Assembly: GCA_965603825.1 (NCBI GenBank)
Contig: CBFDEM010000037.1
Coordinates: 186,001-250,000, forward strand
Length of the DNA: 64,000 nt
From: Blepharisma stoltei ATCC 30299
Taxonomy: Eukaryota; Protista; Ciliophora
Reading direction: 5' to 3'
Below, one piece after another: positions 1 through 12,213 of this stretch. The notes under the pieces are model-generated. The model worked only from the letters and a program-made list of their open reading frames with translations. It searched no databases and was not told the origin of the DNA. Position 1 is the stretch's first letter; every line of letters starts with the position of its first letter. The position numbers were made by a program, and so were the translations under genes.

Positions 1-1
1 G

Positions 2-142
2 ATGGCCAAGCTGGAAAAAGAAAAGGTCGCTCATCTGTCAAGTATTTTACAGTTTAAGAGAGTAAAAATAACAGGGTTCTCGGCAGGCACAACTGATGTG
101 AGAAGAGTCGTCAAGGCGAAGAAAAAAAACAAACCAAATTAA
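2..142 (+). CDS. 3' end of a gene truncated by the window edge (basic C-terminus ...RRVVKAKKKNKPN*)
   Basis: Open frame from the window start to TAA at 140-142, followed by an AT-rich spacer. Confidence 0.5.
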   Translation: MAKLEKEKVAHLSSILQFKRVKITGFSAGTTDVRRVVKAKKKNKPN

Positions 143-204
143 ATGTTAAGGATTTTAATTTTATTAGCAAGAGTCATGAGCAATATATATAACTTAAATA
201 TAAA

Positions 205-1251
205 ATGGCCAGGCCTAAAGGAGTCCCAGAATCCGTAGAATACATATCCCTTCCTTTCTATCCTCTTTTATCAGGTGGAATCACAGCATTTCACAGGCCT
301 TCAATTCGAGGCATTTCTATCCTAGCCCAATCCACTCCATGCACAACAGTATTTACCCTCCAATCTGAGCACGAATGCCCACATGAAATTGAAAAAGCTT
401 GCTTAGACCACGGTCTTAAATGAGTATGAATTTGCTTACAAGGCGCAAATAAAAAATTATTAGAAGGCAATAAAGCGTCGACTGCAATTAGATCTGGGCT
501 ACTTGATGCTAGAAAAAGACTAGACAAAGGTGAATTTTTATACATTCATTGTGCGGCTGGAATACATAGGACAGGGTTATTTATTTATGCTTTGATCAGG
601 ATTTGTGGGTATTCGAAGCAAGAGACTTTGAATATTGTGAAATCAATTAGGGTAGCTACATATGAAAAATGCGGAAGCATGAGATTTGATTTAGGTGAAG
701 GGATTGCTATAAATATATTAAATGGGACTGTTGGCAAACAAATTGAAGGGCTGGAAAGCTTGAAAAGTGAAGAATTCATAGAAAGTCCTTTTATGTGGAT
801 AAAACTGATACCAACTCATCAGGAAATGATCAGATTTGAATGCATTCTGACTGACAAAGAGCTTAATAGATATGTTTTAGGAAGTGTGGTGAGCTTGAAA
901 ATAAATTTTAAATATTTGTTAAAAGAATTAGGGGAGAAATGAATGCAGGCTAGAGATGTTTTGTATTCACCAGAACAAAATTCAAAGAGCTTCAAGCCTT
1001 ATTTAAGAGAATTGACAGATTTTTGTATTGAAACTTTTGGTAAATCGAAAGCTCAATTGATTGGAAAAGATGTGTATATAGAAAAACAGTTTATTGACAA
1101 ATTTTGGCAGCCTTTGAATGATCATCTATGGGAAGAACCAATAAATTTGACATCTATTGAAATAGCATTGGGTTTAGAATCAAATGTTAACACAAGTCTT
1201 GTTGAAGATATTTTATATTTTCGACATATAAAAGATACTTATTTTATTTAA
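205..1251 (+). CDS. Cysteine (PTP/DSP-fold) phosphatase fused to a degenerate oligoribonuclease (Orn/REX2)-like domain, 348 aa
   Basis: Single frame when TGA=Trp (421, 427, 940). HCAAGIHRTG P-loop at 547-576. C-terminal half aligns by eye with Orn (FMWIKL, ILTDKELN, QLIGKDVYIEKQFIDKFWQPL, INLTSI, VEDI). Confidence 0.75.
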
Positions 1252-1382
1252 TGTTATATAATTATAGCTCTGCTCTATGTTTTTTTTAATTTAAAAAATT
1301 TTAGCAGTCTTATCTTAAGATCTCATTTCACAAAAATCTAATAGGTTAAAAATAATGAAAATAATTAGTATAATTAGAAGAT

Positions 1383-1832
1383 ATGGATCTCTATAAAAAA
1401 CTCGAACAATACATATTTGAAGGAGAAATGTATCAAGCAGCCATGTACGACCTTCAAAACAAAGCATCCCTCAGCATGATCGAAAAACAAAAATTAAAAA
1501 AAGCATACAGCCAAGGCTGGTGGCTTGGAAATTTAATTCAATGTTCAATCTTAATAGGCTCAATGATGCTTATGGATAAAAAATTAGCAAAATTTACCAG
1601 AGAAAAAAAAGCAGCATTTTATATTGTAGGAATTGGGATGTATTATTTCGCCTTCATACTGACAAAATCATTCGGATGGCATCATAGCTTTTCACAAGTT
1701 GAACCAATAGTTAGACAATATGTCGAAGAGGCAACTCCAGAGGAGATAGCAAAACTCCAAGGAGAAATACCAAAATCAATTAAAACTTTGATTTCAAAGA
1801 AAAATGATAGCAAAGAGAGTCAAAAAGAATAA
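1383..1832 (+). CDS. Hypothetical protein with two predicted TM helices, 149 aa
   Basis: ATG-TAA ORF flanked by AT-rich spacers; two hydrophobic segments. Confidence 0.7.
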   Translation: MDLYKKLEQYIFEGEMYQAAMYDLQNKASLSMIEKQKLKKAYSQGWWLGNLIQCSILIGSMMLMDKKLAKFTREKKAAFYIVGIGMYYFAFILTKSFGWHHSFSQVEPIVRQYVEEATPEEIAKLQGEIPKSIKTLISKKNDSKESQKE

Positions 1833-1957
1833 ATTAACTAGGCTTATTAATCAGTCAATTTTTGCTTAAATTATAAGGGTGATACTACTTAGATAGCGCT
1901 TTAATTATGAACCTCTAAAATTGATTAAATTATATAAAAATTAAAAGAATAAATTAA

Positions 1958-2894
1958 TTAAGAATCATTATCTCTTTGAAGTTCAACCACTTTTTGTGTT
2001 ATTCTTTGAGCTTCTTGAATAGGAGAGCTTAAATAGAAATCTAAAGACAGAAAAGAAGATATAAGCGCACACATGTAAAAAGCTCTAATTCCAGCTCCTT
2101 TAAATAGTGCGAAAACCCCTTCTTCACTTATAAGCTGATTAAAGTGAGCTCTTAGCGGTTTATGATCATGAAGAATGTCAGTCATAACTCGAGTTTTCAT
2201 AATATCAAAAGGTGTTGATAAAATAGCTGCTGTTATCGTCGCTATTGTGTTCATCCATTGAAAAGCTTTGAATTGTGCAAAAGCTTGGGCCTTTTGCTTT
2301 CTTTCATAACTGGCAGAGTCATTAAAATATTCTCGGTAGTTAGCTCTTTTTTGCTGTTTAGTAAAAGTTGGCGTTCTTTTCTCTCTTTCTTGGAGGTATG
2401 AGAGAATTCCGAAGCGAATTGTGTTAAATGCTACTTCTCGACCTAGATAGACTGAAAAGCCACTCCAAAGGCCAAGGGGTCCTTTATATCCTAAGATGTC
2501 TTTATATAAGTCTTTTATAGAGGAATACATGCCTGTTTGGAATTGCTGCCTTCAATGCTCAGTTGGGCAGCGAATAATGCAGGAAACGATATCTGCAAAT
2601 CCAGAGACCAAAAAAAAGGTAGTAAACTGTGATAAGCCAACTAAATAGAGAATTACAGCGATTTTGGACGATTGGATGGGCTACATCACAGACCTTGAGC
2701 CTAAATAAAAATGCTGGAAGTGATGTGACTATGCTGCCAACTCCGTAAAATGATGATAAAGGTTGTTTTAAAGCTAGGATATTGAGGTTATTTGTTTGGA
2801 TGCGTGTTAGTATTGAGCTCACAGGATATAATAAAGATTCTGCTAGTATGATACTTGCACATTTTACAATATCCTTAGAATTATCTTGCGACAT
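1958..2894 (-). CDS. Mitochondrial carrier (SLC25) family protein, SAM-carrier-like
   Basis: Carrier signatures PVSSILTRIQ, PTEHWRQQFQ (TGA=W) and PFDIMKTRVM; frame restored by 16-nt intron 2641-2656. Confidence 0.8.
2641..2656 (-). other. 16-nt spliceosomal intron GTAATTCTCTATTTAG
   Basis: Removal joins the two carrier ORFs in frame; A at -6. Confidence 0.85.
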
Positions 2895-3114
2895 TATATT
2901 TGTCTTAATTTATTCATGCCTTAAACAACTTATAATTATCATTGTAAATATTAGGATAGCGCACTTTAGTCTTTTTTAGTTATTAAATATAAAACAATGA
3001 AATTGAAAAGTTGTTTCAAAAATTAGTAAAAGATAAGAGACTTTAGACTGAGAAATATTCAATTTCACAAATTTTATTAATAAAAATATAATTAATTGGC
3101 TAAGCAATTTTATT

Positions 3115-4008
3115 TTAAAAGTGCTGGGTTTCAAGCCAATCCAAGAATTTATGTCTAGCTGTGTACCCATAAAGGTCTTTTAATCTCTTTGGAACATATA
3201 TCTGATTAAATGTTTGCCCAAAAAGATAAGCGCCATAAGCGCTCATGTATGGAGAAATATCCTCAACTCTTTCAATATTTTGAATGCCAAGGACTTGTGA
3301 CAACTTTTCAACCAAATCATCAATATACACTGGCTCTGGCTCACTAGCTAGAAATAGCCCACATGCTCTATTTTCCATAACAATTCTGAACATATCTGCA
3401 AGATCTTCTCTGTTGACAAAACAATTAGCATTATTCGCTTTGCCTGCCACAATCTTATTGCTATTTTTGCAAGCCACAATATAATTGTGGACATAGCTAT
3501 TTCCATAAATACAAACTGGCCTTAAAACTGCCCCAAATAAATTCCCAGCTGTTGCATTAATTACTTTTTTCTCAAAAAGTATCCTTTTTGCTATCGGAGG
3601 CCATGGATAAGATGTATCATCATGATCCTCATCCATAGGACCGTTGGTATTTCCATTTGCCATACTTCCTGAAGTAGTGATGATTGAAACAGGCTTTGTT
3701 TCGGCTGTTTTTCTTGCAGCTGAAATAAAGGAATCTGTTACAATTTCTTCAGTTATGATCCCTACTTCAGAGAAGTTAAAGGCAGTGTGGATGATAGCAT
3801 CATATCCTATGCATATTTCTGATAATTGGGAAGCAGTTGAAGGGTTTAAGTCAAAGAGAATTGTATGAGCTGAGGGGCCTTTACTAGAAATTTCTTGGGC
3901 TTTTTGCTCAGTTCTAACTGTGCAAGTGACATCATGACCATGGGCTAGTAAATTATCGAGAATTGAGCTGCCTAAAACACCTGTAGTACCTGTTAAAAAA
4001 ACTCTCAT
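3115..4008 (-). CDS. NAD(P)-dependent epimerase/dehydratase (extended/atypical SDR), 297 aa
   Basis: MRVFLTGTTGVLGS Rossmann motif, DAIIHTA, LRPVCIYG. Confidence 0.85.
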   Translation of the reverse strand: MRVFLTGTTGVLGSSILDNLLAHGHDVTCTVRTEQKAQEISSKGPSAHTILFDLNPSTASQLSEICIGYDAIIHTAFNFSEVGIITEEIVTDSFISAARKTAETKPVSIITTSGSMANGNTNGPMDEDHDDTSYPWPPIAKRILFEKKVINATAGNLFGAVLRPVCIYGNSYVHNYIVACKNSNKIVAGKANNANCFVNREDLADMFRIVMENRACGLFLASEPEPVYIDDLVEKLSQVLGIQNIERVEDISPYMSAYGAYLFGQTFNQIYVPKRLKDLYGYTARHKFLDWLETQHF

Positions 4009-4539
4009 ATTTATTAAAATAATTTCACTTCCATTCCTTTTATCAATAAATTGGATTAAGGATATTATTATATTTGCAAACCTAAAAAATTATTTTGATG
4101 ATTTTAATTTAATAATATAATAGAAGCCGTAAAATGTAGACCTGAAAATTGTTTTTGTAATTTCAATAGGCTAGCGTAAATTTGCAAAAATATGTTTCTC
4201 TATATCAATTAGAATTTTATTAAGATATTTATCAAGTCAATACCCAATAAATGCAGAGTCGTATCTCCTTACAGATTACATTATATTTATTCTTCCTTTT
4301 CGAGAAAGCAAAATTCTCTGCTCTCTTCTTAAAGGGGGAAATTTTAATTTATTCGATCTTCCTTAAGACATTCAAAATTCAAGAAAATATTCTTCTCTAT
4401 GATGCATTGGGTTTTAATATAATCTTTCATTTTACAATAATCATATTATGCAGTCATATCTTCTGAAAATTTCTTTTTCTGAATTTTAAATGACAATTTT
4501 ATTCTTAAATCAGGCATATTTAAAGATATTATACAAAGG

Positions 4540-4860
4540 TTAGCTATGACTGGTTATGTCTTGATATATAAACTTGGCGATCTTCAAGTGAGTTGCAGCC
4601 CTGCAGGGAGTAGAATTAGGAGATACTGGCGTCAATCCTTCTATTTCTCTTATAAATGAAGCTAATCCAAGCACACCATCAAGACTTCTTGAACTTGATT
4701 TCATTTTTAGCTTTTTTGGTTTCTGGCGATAGTGTTTGGTGCTGATTTTTGCTAATCTATAGTGGACAGTCCCATATATATCTTGCAGATCCTTGAGGAT
4801 ATCATTTGGGTTAAATTTGACTCTGTCAGACTTGCGAGAGAAAGTTTCTGGTTTTTTCAT
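4540..4860 (-). CDS. Hypothetical basic protein, 106 aa
   Basis: ATG at 4860 to TAA; GC higher than the flanks. Confidence 0.55.
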   Translation of the reverse strand: MKKPETFSRKSDRVKFNPNDILKDLQDIYGTVHYRLAKISTKHYRQKPKKLKMKSSSRSLDGVLGLASFIREIEGLTPVSPNSTPCRAATHLKIAKFIYQDITSHS

Positions 4861-5374
4861 TATTTTAATTAATTTCAACTGACTAGAAATGCTTAAAGTT
4901 TATAAAGTATTTTCTAAGAAATTGATAAAGAAAAATAATGATTATTATGAACTTTTGATTAGTGATTTAAATAGTTTGAAAATGGTAAAGGAAATCACTG
5001 GCGAATTAGAAAAATTTTATAAAAATTAAAATTTCAAGATTTCAGAATGAAGAAAAGCCTTAGAGGTTTAAAGCTGTACAATTACAGATTTTTTTAAATT
5101 TTTAGGAAAAAATTAATAAAGTCAACTTTTACAAAAAGTCCAAATAATTTAGCTAATTTTACAATAAATGAAATAATTACATTTATAGCATCACCAGCAA
5201 AAAATCTCAATTTCTGAGCTTAAAATACATTTTTATAAAAACCAAATTTAATTCAGAATTTCGGCTGAATTATTTTTTCGCTTTTAGAAATCATGGATGC
5301 TGATTATTGCCAATTTATAGGCTGCCAAAAAAGTGCATTAATGTTCAATCAACTTTAATCTGAATTTATATAAA

Positions 5375-6470
5375 ATGGAAGGGAAAAAGCGTCCAAAATT
5401 AGAGACCAATGCCCTTCTCCAGCTTAAAAGCGTAATATTCTACTCAGATGACCACTGTTGTAGCCGATACAGGCGACTTCAACCAGATCAAGCAATTCTC
5501 TCCTCAAGACGCTACTACAAATCCCACCTTAATTTTAGCTGCAGCTCAAAAGCCTGAATATGAACATCTCCTTCACGATGCTATTTTATTCGCAAGAAAT
5601 AAAGGATCACAAGGAGATGATCTAATTAAGGACGTGTGTGACAAACTTGCAGTGAATTTTGGTATGGAAATCTTGAAAATCGTCCCTGGCTATGTATCTA
5701 CAGAAGTTGATGCAAGACTGAGCTTTGACAGAGAAGGAACTATTGAAAGAGCCAGAAAAATAATAAAGCTTTATGAAGATGCTGGCTACGGTAAAGATAG
5801 AATTTTAATAAAGATTGCAAGCACATGGGAAGGAATCAAAGCAGCAGAAGCATTAGAAAGTGAAGGAATCCATTGCAACCTGACTTTATTATTCGGCTTT
5901 TACCAAGCCGTTGCCTGCGCTGAGGCTAATGTCACTTTAATTTCACCATTTGTAGGAAGAATTTTGGACTGGCATAAGAAAAACAGTGGAAGAGACTTCA
6001 CTGGCCATGAAGACCCAGGCGTGCAGTCAGTAACAAGGATTTACAACTATTTCAAAAAGCATGGGCACAAAACCATCATTATGGGTGCCAGCTTTAGAAA
6101 CACTGGAGAAATCATTGAGCTTGCTGGATGTGACAGACTTACTATTGCTCCTCAGCTGCTTAAAGAGCTAGAAGAGATGGACGACCCAAGCTTTACCCTT
6201 CAAAAAAGGCTTTCTACAGAGGATGCTGCCGATATGACAATTCCAAAGGTGGAAAATCTTGATGAAAATAAATTCAGATGGGAGCTAAATGAAGACCAAA
6301 TGGCGACTGAAAAGCTGTCTGATGGAATTAGAAGATTTGCAGCTGATTTGAGGAGTTTGGAAGAATTCGTGAATAAAAAGCTGCAAGAGTATCCTATAGA
6401 GCAGCATCATGGAAAGACTGAGCATGGACATCAAGATCATCATGGGCACCATGGGCATCACCATAAGTAA
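5375..6470 (+). CDS. TALDO1: Transaldolase with N-terminal basic (NLS-like) patch and His-rich C-terminal tail
   Basis: [27 protein letters not shown] (catalytic Lys), [15 protein letters not shown]; first exon [19 protein letters not shown] joined through intron 5432-5447. Confidence 0.95.
5432..5447 (+). other. 16-nt intron GTAATATTCTACTCAG
   Basis: Restores [17 protein letters not shown], matching the transaldolase N-terminus. Confidence 0.9.
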
Positions 6471-6534
6471 TTTAACGGTATTTAGCTTAGCTTGTTTTAA
6501 TAAAAGGCACCCGGATTATAATAACCCGCCAAAA

Positions 6535-9500
6535 ATGGAAATCGAAGAGATCCCTGAGGAGCAAGAAGTGATTAATCTTAGTGAGTCTGAAGAATCTGAT
6601 GAGCTCGTGGAAGAAGTTCATTTAGACCCCAAAGAAATTAATGATTTGCTGTTTTTAGTGCAGAGTCTTGGGTGCACGAAAACAGTTGGAAATGTGGAAA
6701 CATACATAAAAAGCCAAGAGTGTGTTGAATTCTTAAAGGAGCTTTATAAAATATTAAGGAATGAAAATCCTGACAGCACACTTAAAAGATTAGAGCTTGG
6801 GGAGTGAAATGTAGTTGAGAGTGATCTATTAAAATTGCTTGTAAGTTATCCAGAAGACAGACAACTCGCTTTTTACTGCATTATTGTACTTGTATCTCTT
6901 ACTGAAAAGCCAGATAAATCGAACTATAACCAACAAAAATATATTGAGTCTTTACAAAACTACAAGCTTTCAGTGATAACTTCTAAAGACGCAATAAAAG
7001 TAATAGTCAACCATCTTGCTGAATGCTTATCTAAGCCGACAGACCAACGAAACGAGCAGCATGATCAAATGCTTGAGCTTATCGTATATCTTTTTCGAAA
7101 TTTATTGGCTGTTCCTGATAAAACTTCTCATGTTTTAAAAGCAAGCAAAGGGATCGCGATTTATAATTCTAGAGAAGACAATATGAAAGACCTACAAACG
7201 AGATTTCTACATAAACTTGCTGATGAAACTGTACTTGAGGCGATTGTTTATCTTTGTCAAGATTTCACGAATCCAGTTGTGAAAAAATTAAATTTGTGCT
7301 TTTTGGAAATTTTTTATCATATATTTAAAAATTTTCAGCCAGGGTCAATGTGAGCTAAAGAAGCACCAGTTTCTCTTCTTCAAGCTTTAAGAGAAAAAGA
7401 AATGGAAAACCAAAAGCTGCAAATGAAAGAGCTTCCAACCCGTCACTCAAGATTTGGAAGTAGCTATAAAGTTCAGAGATCCATGGACAAAACAACATTA
7501 GTATATCATAATCCCTTCAAAGAAAGAATAGAAGCCAATAAAATCCCAGGCCAAATGAACCGGGCTCGACCTCAAAGAAAAGAAAATATGATAAGTCTCC
7601 CAAGTAAAAAAAGTGAGCAAGAGCTTGCAAAAATTGATAAATTCTTACTCGAAAAAATCAGGAAATTCGCTGAAGAAGTGCTTGACCATTGTTTTTCTCC
7701 TCTTGTCGAAACAATTTTTGTCGAATTTTACAAAGAATCAGAGAGGCTTGAAGACGAGGACAAGACTTATTATTTTTTATTCCAAGCTTTTATGTTTGAA
7801 TTTTTAAGAAAAAAGCATGCTTGCAAATCGGAGGTATTGGACATTGACGTCTCACCAATTGCTGAAGCTTTAAAGCTTCCTAATTTTGAATATCTTTATA
7901 GGTCATTTCTATATGAATTTAAAAAAACCTCGAAAAAGGAATTCAACACAAGAGAACTTCATGCAGCGTTAAAATTTTGTACTGAGTTTTTATATATTAT
8001 TCGTGACATGAATAACTCACAGACAGAAACCACGAGAAGAAATGCACAAATTTTAATGCAAAATGTTTTTTACCATGAAATTTCGAGAGTATGTAGGAAG
8101 TCGTTTGAGTATTGGAAAGCTGGGGTTAATGATAAAGAATTTTTAGAAGATATAGTTGAATTTACACATATGACGTTTAAAATTCTTGAAGAATACTCAC
8201 AAGGAAAAGCTCTGACTGTAAGAACTGATAAACTGTCAAGAAAAAAGAAAAAAAAGGAAAAAGAAGGCGAAGAAGGCGAAGAAGAAGAAGATGAAGAAAA
8301 TCAAAGCCAAAATGAAGAGGACGAAGAAACCTCTTATCAAGAAAGGCAGCTTAATTTTGTTGTAGAATTTTCTTTACTGATTGACCATGATGTGATTTCA
8401 AAATATATTTTCTTGCTGAAAAGATTCAAAGAAAATACAGACATGGTAAATATACATGTGGTTTCATTTTTAGACAAAGTAATTAATGAGTGCATGGCGG
8501 ATTGGGTTTTATTCCAAATGGAATACATAAATATTTTTGATGAAATTTTGAATGATAAAACGTCAAAAAACAACCCGAAATATAAAGATATCTATCATTT
8601 AGTTAGTACTATTGTGACGAGATTTTTCGCCCTTTTTGAGAAAAATAGACTTTTAGTGGTGGAAAGCTTGTTCAAAATTAGTGATAAAAATATTAAAAAT
8701 CAAATTTTGAGCAATTATGAAGGAATTTCAACTACGAATGCAGAAGACCAAGATATGGATGAAAATATATATTCTCAGCCAAATAAGGAAAAAAAGACAA
8801 AATGGGCTAGGGAAGAAGATGAAATTTTGATTGATAATTGGAATACTTTTAAAGATCTTGAAAGTGTTTATGAAATATTAGCAGGCCTTTTAAAAGACAA
8901 AACTGCCCAGCAAGTCCAAAAAAGAGTCAAAGTATTAAAGCTGAACAAAGGAATTGAGAAAGCAAAGCAAGCAATGAGAGAAATTTACTGTGAAGAAGAT
9001 ATCTATGACCTTCGAGACGCAGTCCCAAGAGCCTATAACAAATACGGAAAAGACACAATTATATCTGCAATTGAAAGCATTATGAAGGACTACCAAGTTT
9101 ATTTAGAAGAAGTCAAAACTGGAGAATATGCTATCATTCCTATTACTATTGACCAATTCGAGCTCTACAACGACAAAGATTTTGGTGCTCTTTTAGTAAG
9201 TTTAGGTGCCAGGCCTCCAACTCAAGGTGAGTGGTGCTGGAGAGTTTCTAACAGCCTTGACGAAATTACTCATGCCTTTGAGAATCTAAAACTTATTAAT
9301 GAAACCCAAGCTGAAGAAGAAAACGAAGAAGAATACACGTCAAACACAAATAATCTCATTTATTCCCAATTAATGTCACAAACTGAAACAGCTGCCTCAA
9401 CTTTAGAAGCAAACGCAGAAAATCTTGAAAAAATTAAAAAAGATAAAAAAAAGAAGAAAATTATGAAGGAAAAGAATAGAGAAAGGGAGAAAAATAATGA

Positions 9501-9795
9501 AAAAGTGAAAGAGAAAAAGAAGTCAGCAAAAGCGTTGAGGAGAGAAAGAGCACAAATGATAGAAGGCGAAGAAAATGGGGGAAATTTGCACGAAAAAATA
9601 GAAGAAATGATGGAAGAGAGCCCTGAAGAAGAGAATTATGAAATTCCAAGCGAGAAAAGAGAGGAATCTGATGGTGAAGAAAATGAATATAATGCAGGAG
9701 CTATGGCTTCTCTTTTTCAGAAAAGTAATCCAAGTCCTAAAAAGAGCGACTCTGAAGAAGAATGCACATATGCACCTGGAAGCTTGTTCAATTAA
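6535..9795 (+). CDS. TIMELESS: Timeless/Tof1/Swi1 replication-fork protection protein, 1086 aa
   Basis: TGA=W at 6805 and 7351 joins three ORFs. SLG..YIKSQECVEFLKEL, ESDLLKLL, RNLLAVPD, TRHSRFG; Myb-like KWAREEDEIL. Confidence 0.85.
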
Positions 9796-9851
9796 TGCCC
9801 TAATTACTATTTCTATATAATAGCCAATAGAAAAATTAACTATAACTTCCA

Positions 9852-11930
9852 TTATCTTAACCCAAATCCTTCAGCGTTTTCTATTGCTAGCAATACCAAT
9901 CTCCTCATCCTTTCTATATTCCCATACGCTGGCAACAATAAATGATTATAACAAGTCATGGCAGTCATCAGCCTTTCTGAGTCTCCCCCATTTCTTGACA
10001 CCACAAATTTCATTGACCCAAGTCCATTAATTGGCGCTCTATCAGACCCTGTCACAAATTTCAAAAACTGCTTCTTTTGGTTCTCGTTAAATGAATGGAC
10101 TACTTCCCAGAACATCTGAATGGTTTCTGAGTCTCTTGAGTATCCTTCATATTCAGTGACTTTTTCTAATTCATGGAAATCCAGCACTGGGTTTCCACAA
10201 ATAAGTAGCTCAAGCTCTTCTGGCTTGAACCATTGAATGACTTCTCCTCCACATACTTTCAGAAATCCACGCCTAAAAGCTTCGAATTTGTCTTTAATTC
10301 CGTCGTTAAGCCATCAGTTTGCATATTTCTCTACATATTCAGCCTTGTTTTCTTGGGTAACAAGAATTGAGCTGCCTCCTGGTATTAGCTCTTGGATGAT
10401 TGGATGTCCAAAAGAAAAGGTTTCGACGGTAAAAGTTCTGCAGAAGGTTTCTTCCACGTTTCCTTCAAATTCCAATAGCTGCTCTAGCCCTTTGACTAAA
10501 TCAGGGTCAAATTCTCGTAAATCTTCAATAGATGTAGCCTTGTTAAGAATTTTCTTATAGAGAGTTAGTGGTAGATGAAGGTCGAGGATGATGGAATTGT
10601 ATATAGCCATCCCCAAGATTTTGCCTATAAGTTCAAAACTTGTATTTGGCTCAAGTGTGTTTGGATTGAGCCAAAGCAGCCTTTGGCTTTCATAATAGTT
10701 AAACATAGCGAAGCCAGGGCCGAATAATTCTTTTATGATCAATTGAAAGAATTCTTTGCGGACTCCGCCTTCATCTACACCATCTTCGCCTACAAAGTGG
10801 ACTTTCAAAGGCTTTTTGATATTTAAATCTCCGCTGCTTAGTCTTGTCAATGCGTCTTCTATTAAATTATCTCTGCGGATTTCTAGATGAATAAAAGGGT
10901 CATCAAGCCCAAGCACGTACATTAATGAGCCCATTTCAATTTCTCGCAGCATTTGCTCTTTGCTTTCAAGCTGCAGAAATATTGATTTTGAATTTGAATC
11001 AAAAATCCATGGATAGCTTGCAAATGTAAATTCTTTGTCAAAATTCGGTTTATTTTTATTTTTTCTCTGTTTTGTTCAATATTTATATTCATTTTTTAGG
11101 TTAATTTCTTTATTGACAACTTCATTGTAAAATTCTTGATAATTAATTCTTTTGTATTTTTCATTTGAATTGTAAATTGTCTCCATAACTCTTATAGCCC
11201 AGGAAATCTCTAAAAGGTCTTTATTTCTAAGGTTTCTTAGGATACGAAGAGATATGAATTGTTGGAGATGCCATAAAATAACTTGTAGGATTCTAGAATC
11301 TAATGTGTCAATAAGGTGTGAAAAATTTTCTAATAATTGTGGAGAACTGCATAAAACCGCATTGAGAAATATAAGAACGTGGTAGTTATCGATTTCTAAA
11401 CCTTCTGGGACTGTCAGAAGCATCAAAGCTACACGTGGGTAATAAAGATTTCTATAAGTTGTCAGTGAGTATTTCTTTACAGCACCCATTAGCCAATTTT
11501 TCGGCAAAACTCCTTTCTGTACAAGTCCATTCATTTTTGAAAGAATTTCATGAAATCCGACCCAATCAACGTTTGGATTAGTCTCAGTAATATTTTCATT
11601 AATATAGAAGCTTAGGCCTAAAGATGAAATATCACTAAATACGTCAAAAATAGTTTGCGGGTCTTGATTTATTAGTTCTGACGCAGAAAAATAAGGGGTA
11701 AAAGTTTCGCAGAATATAAAGTCAGTCGATTTTTCTAGATCTCCATCAGGAGCTTGTTTTGCAATGTTTAAGAGATTTAAAGCGGTCAGGTTTGGGTTAG
11801 TTCAGAATCCTTTTCTTATCTGATTGCAGTATTTGTTTAAACACATTTGTCGTCCGCATCCGTTTGTGGCTTGGATGAATGCTCTTTTGAAATTCGCTGC
11901 AACTCGATCTTTTATTTCCGCTTCTGACAT
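9852..11930 (-). CDS. HECT E3 ubiquitin ligase, E6AP/UBE3A-like, with N-terminal AZUL-like Cys cluster, 692 aa
   Basis: Four same-frame ORFs joined by TGA=W. FVGEDGVDEGGVRKEFF, FVTGSDRAP, TAMTCYNHLLLP; N-terminal QATNGCGRQMCLNKYC. Confidence 0.9.
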
Positions 11931-12213
11931 TTTATTATAGAATAGATTAAAATTATAAATGCCCTGAATTTTATTTATGAATAAAAGCAATGGATTTAAG
12001 AAAAATCCTTTAAAAAGCCTAATTTTTATTATATTATTCATCAAAAATGACTTAATAAAGTAGTAATATAATATTATAGAACCCTAATTGACTGCAATTA
12101 AAAAATAAAGTTCTTTTATCGGTTATTATCTATGAAAAACTAATTAAAACGAAAACCAATTAATTAGTTGCTTTATATAAATATTTCAAGCCCAATTGCC
12201 TAGCGCTTTAGCT

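Noticed and set aside
3115-4008. Horizontal transfer of the SDR gene
   Set aside because: The family is widespread in eukaryotes; cannot be supported without a phylogeny
4251-4466. 71-aa hydrophobic ORF
   Set aside because: F/I/L-rich composition expected from AT-rich spacer; no motif
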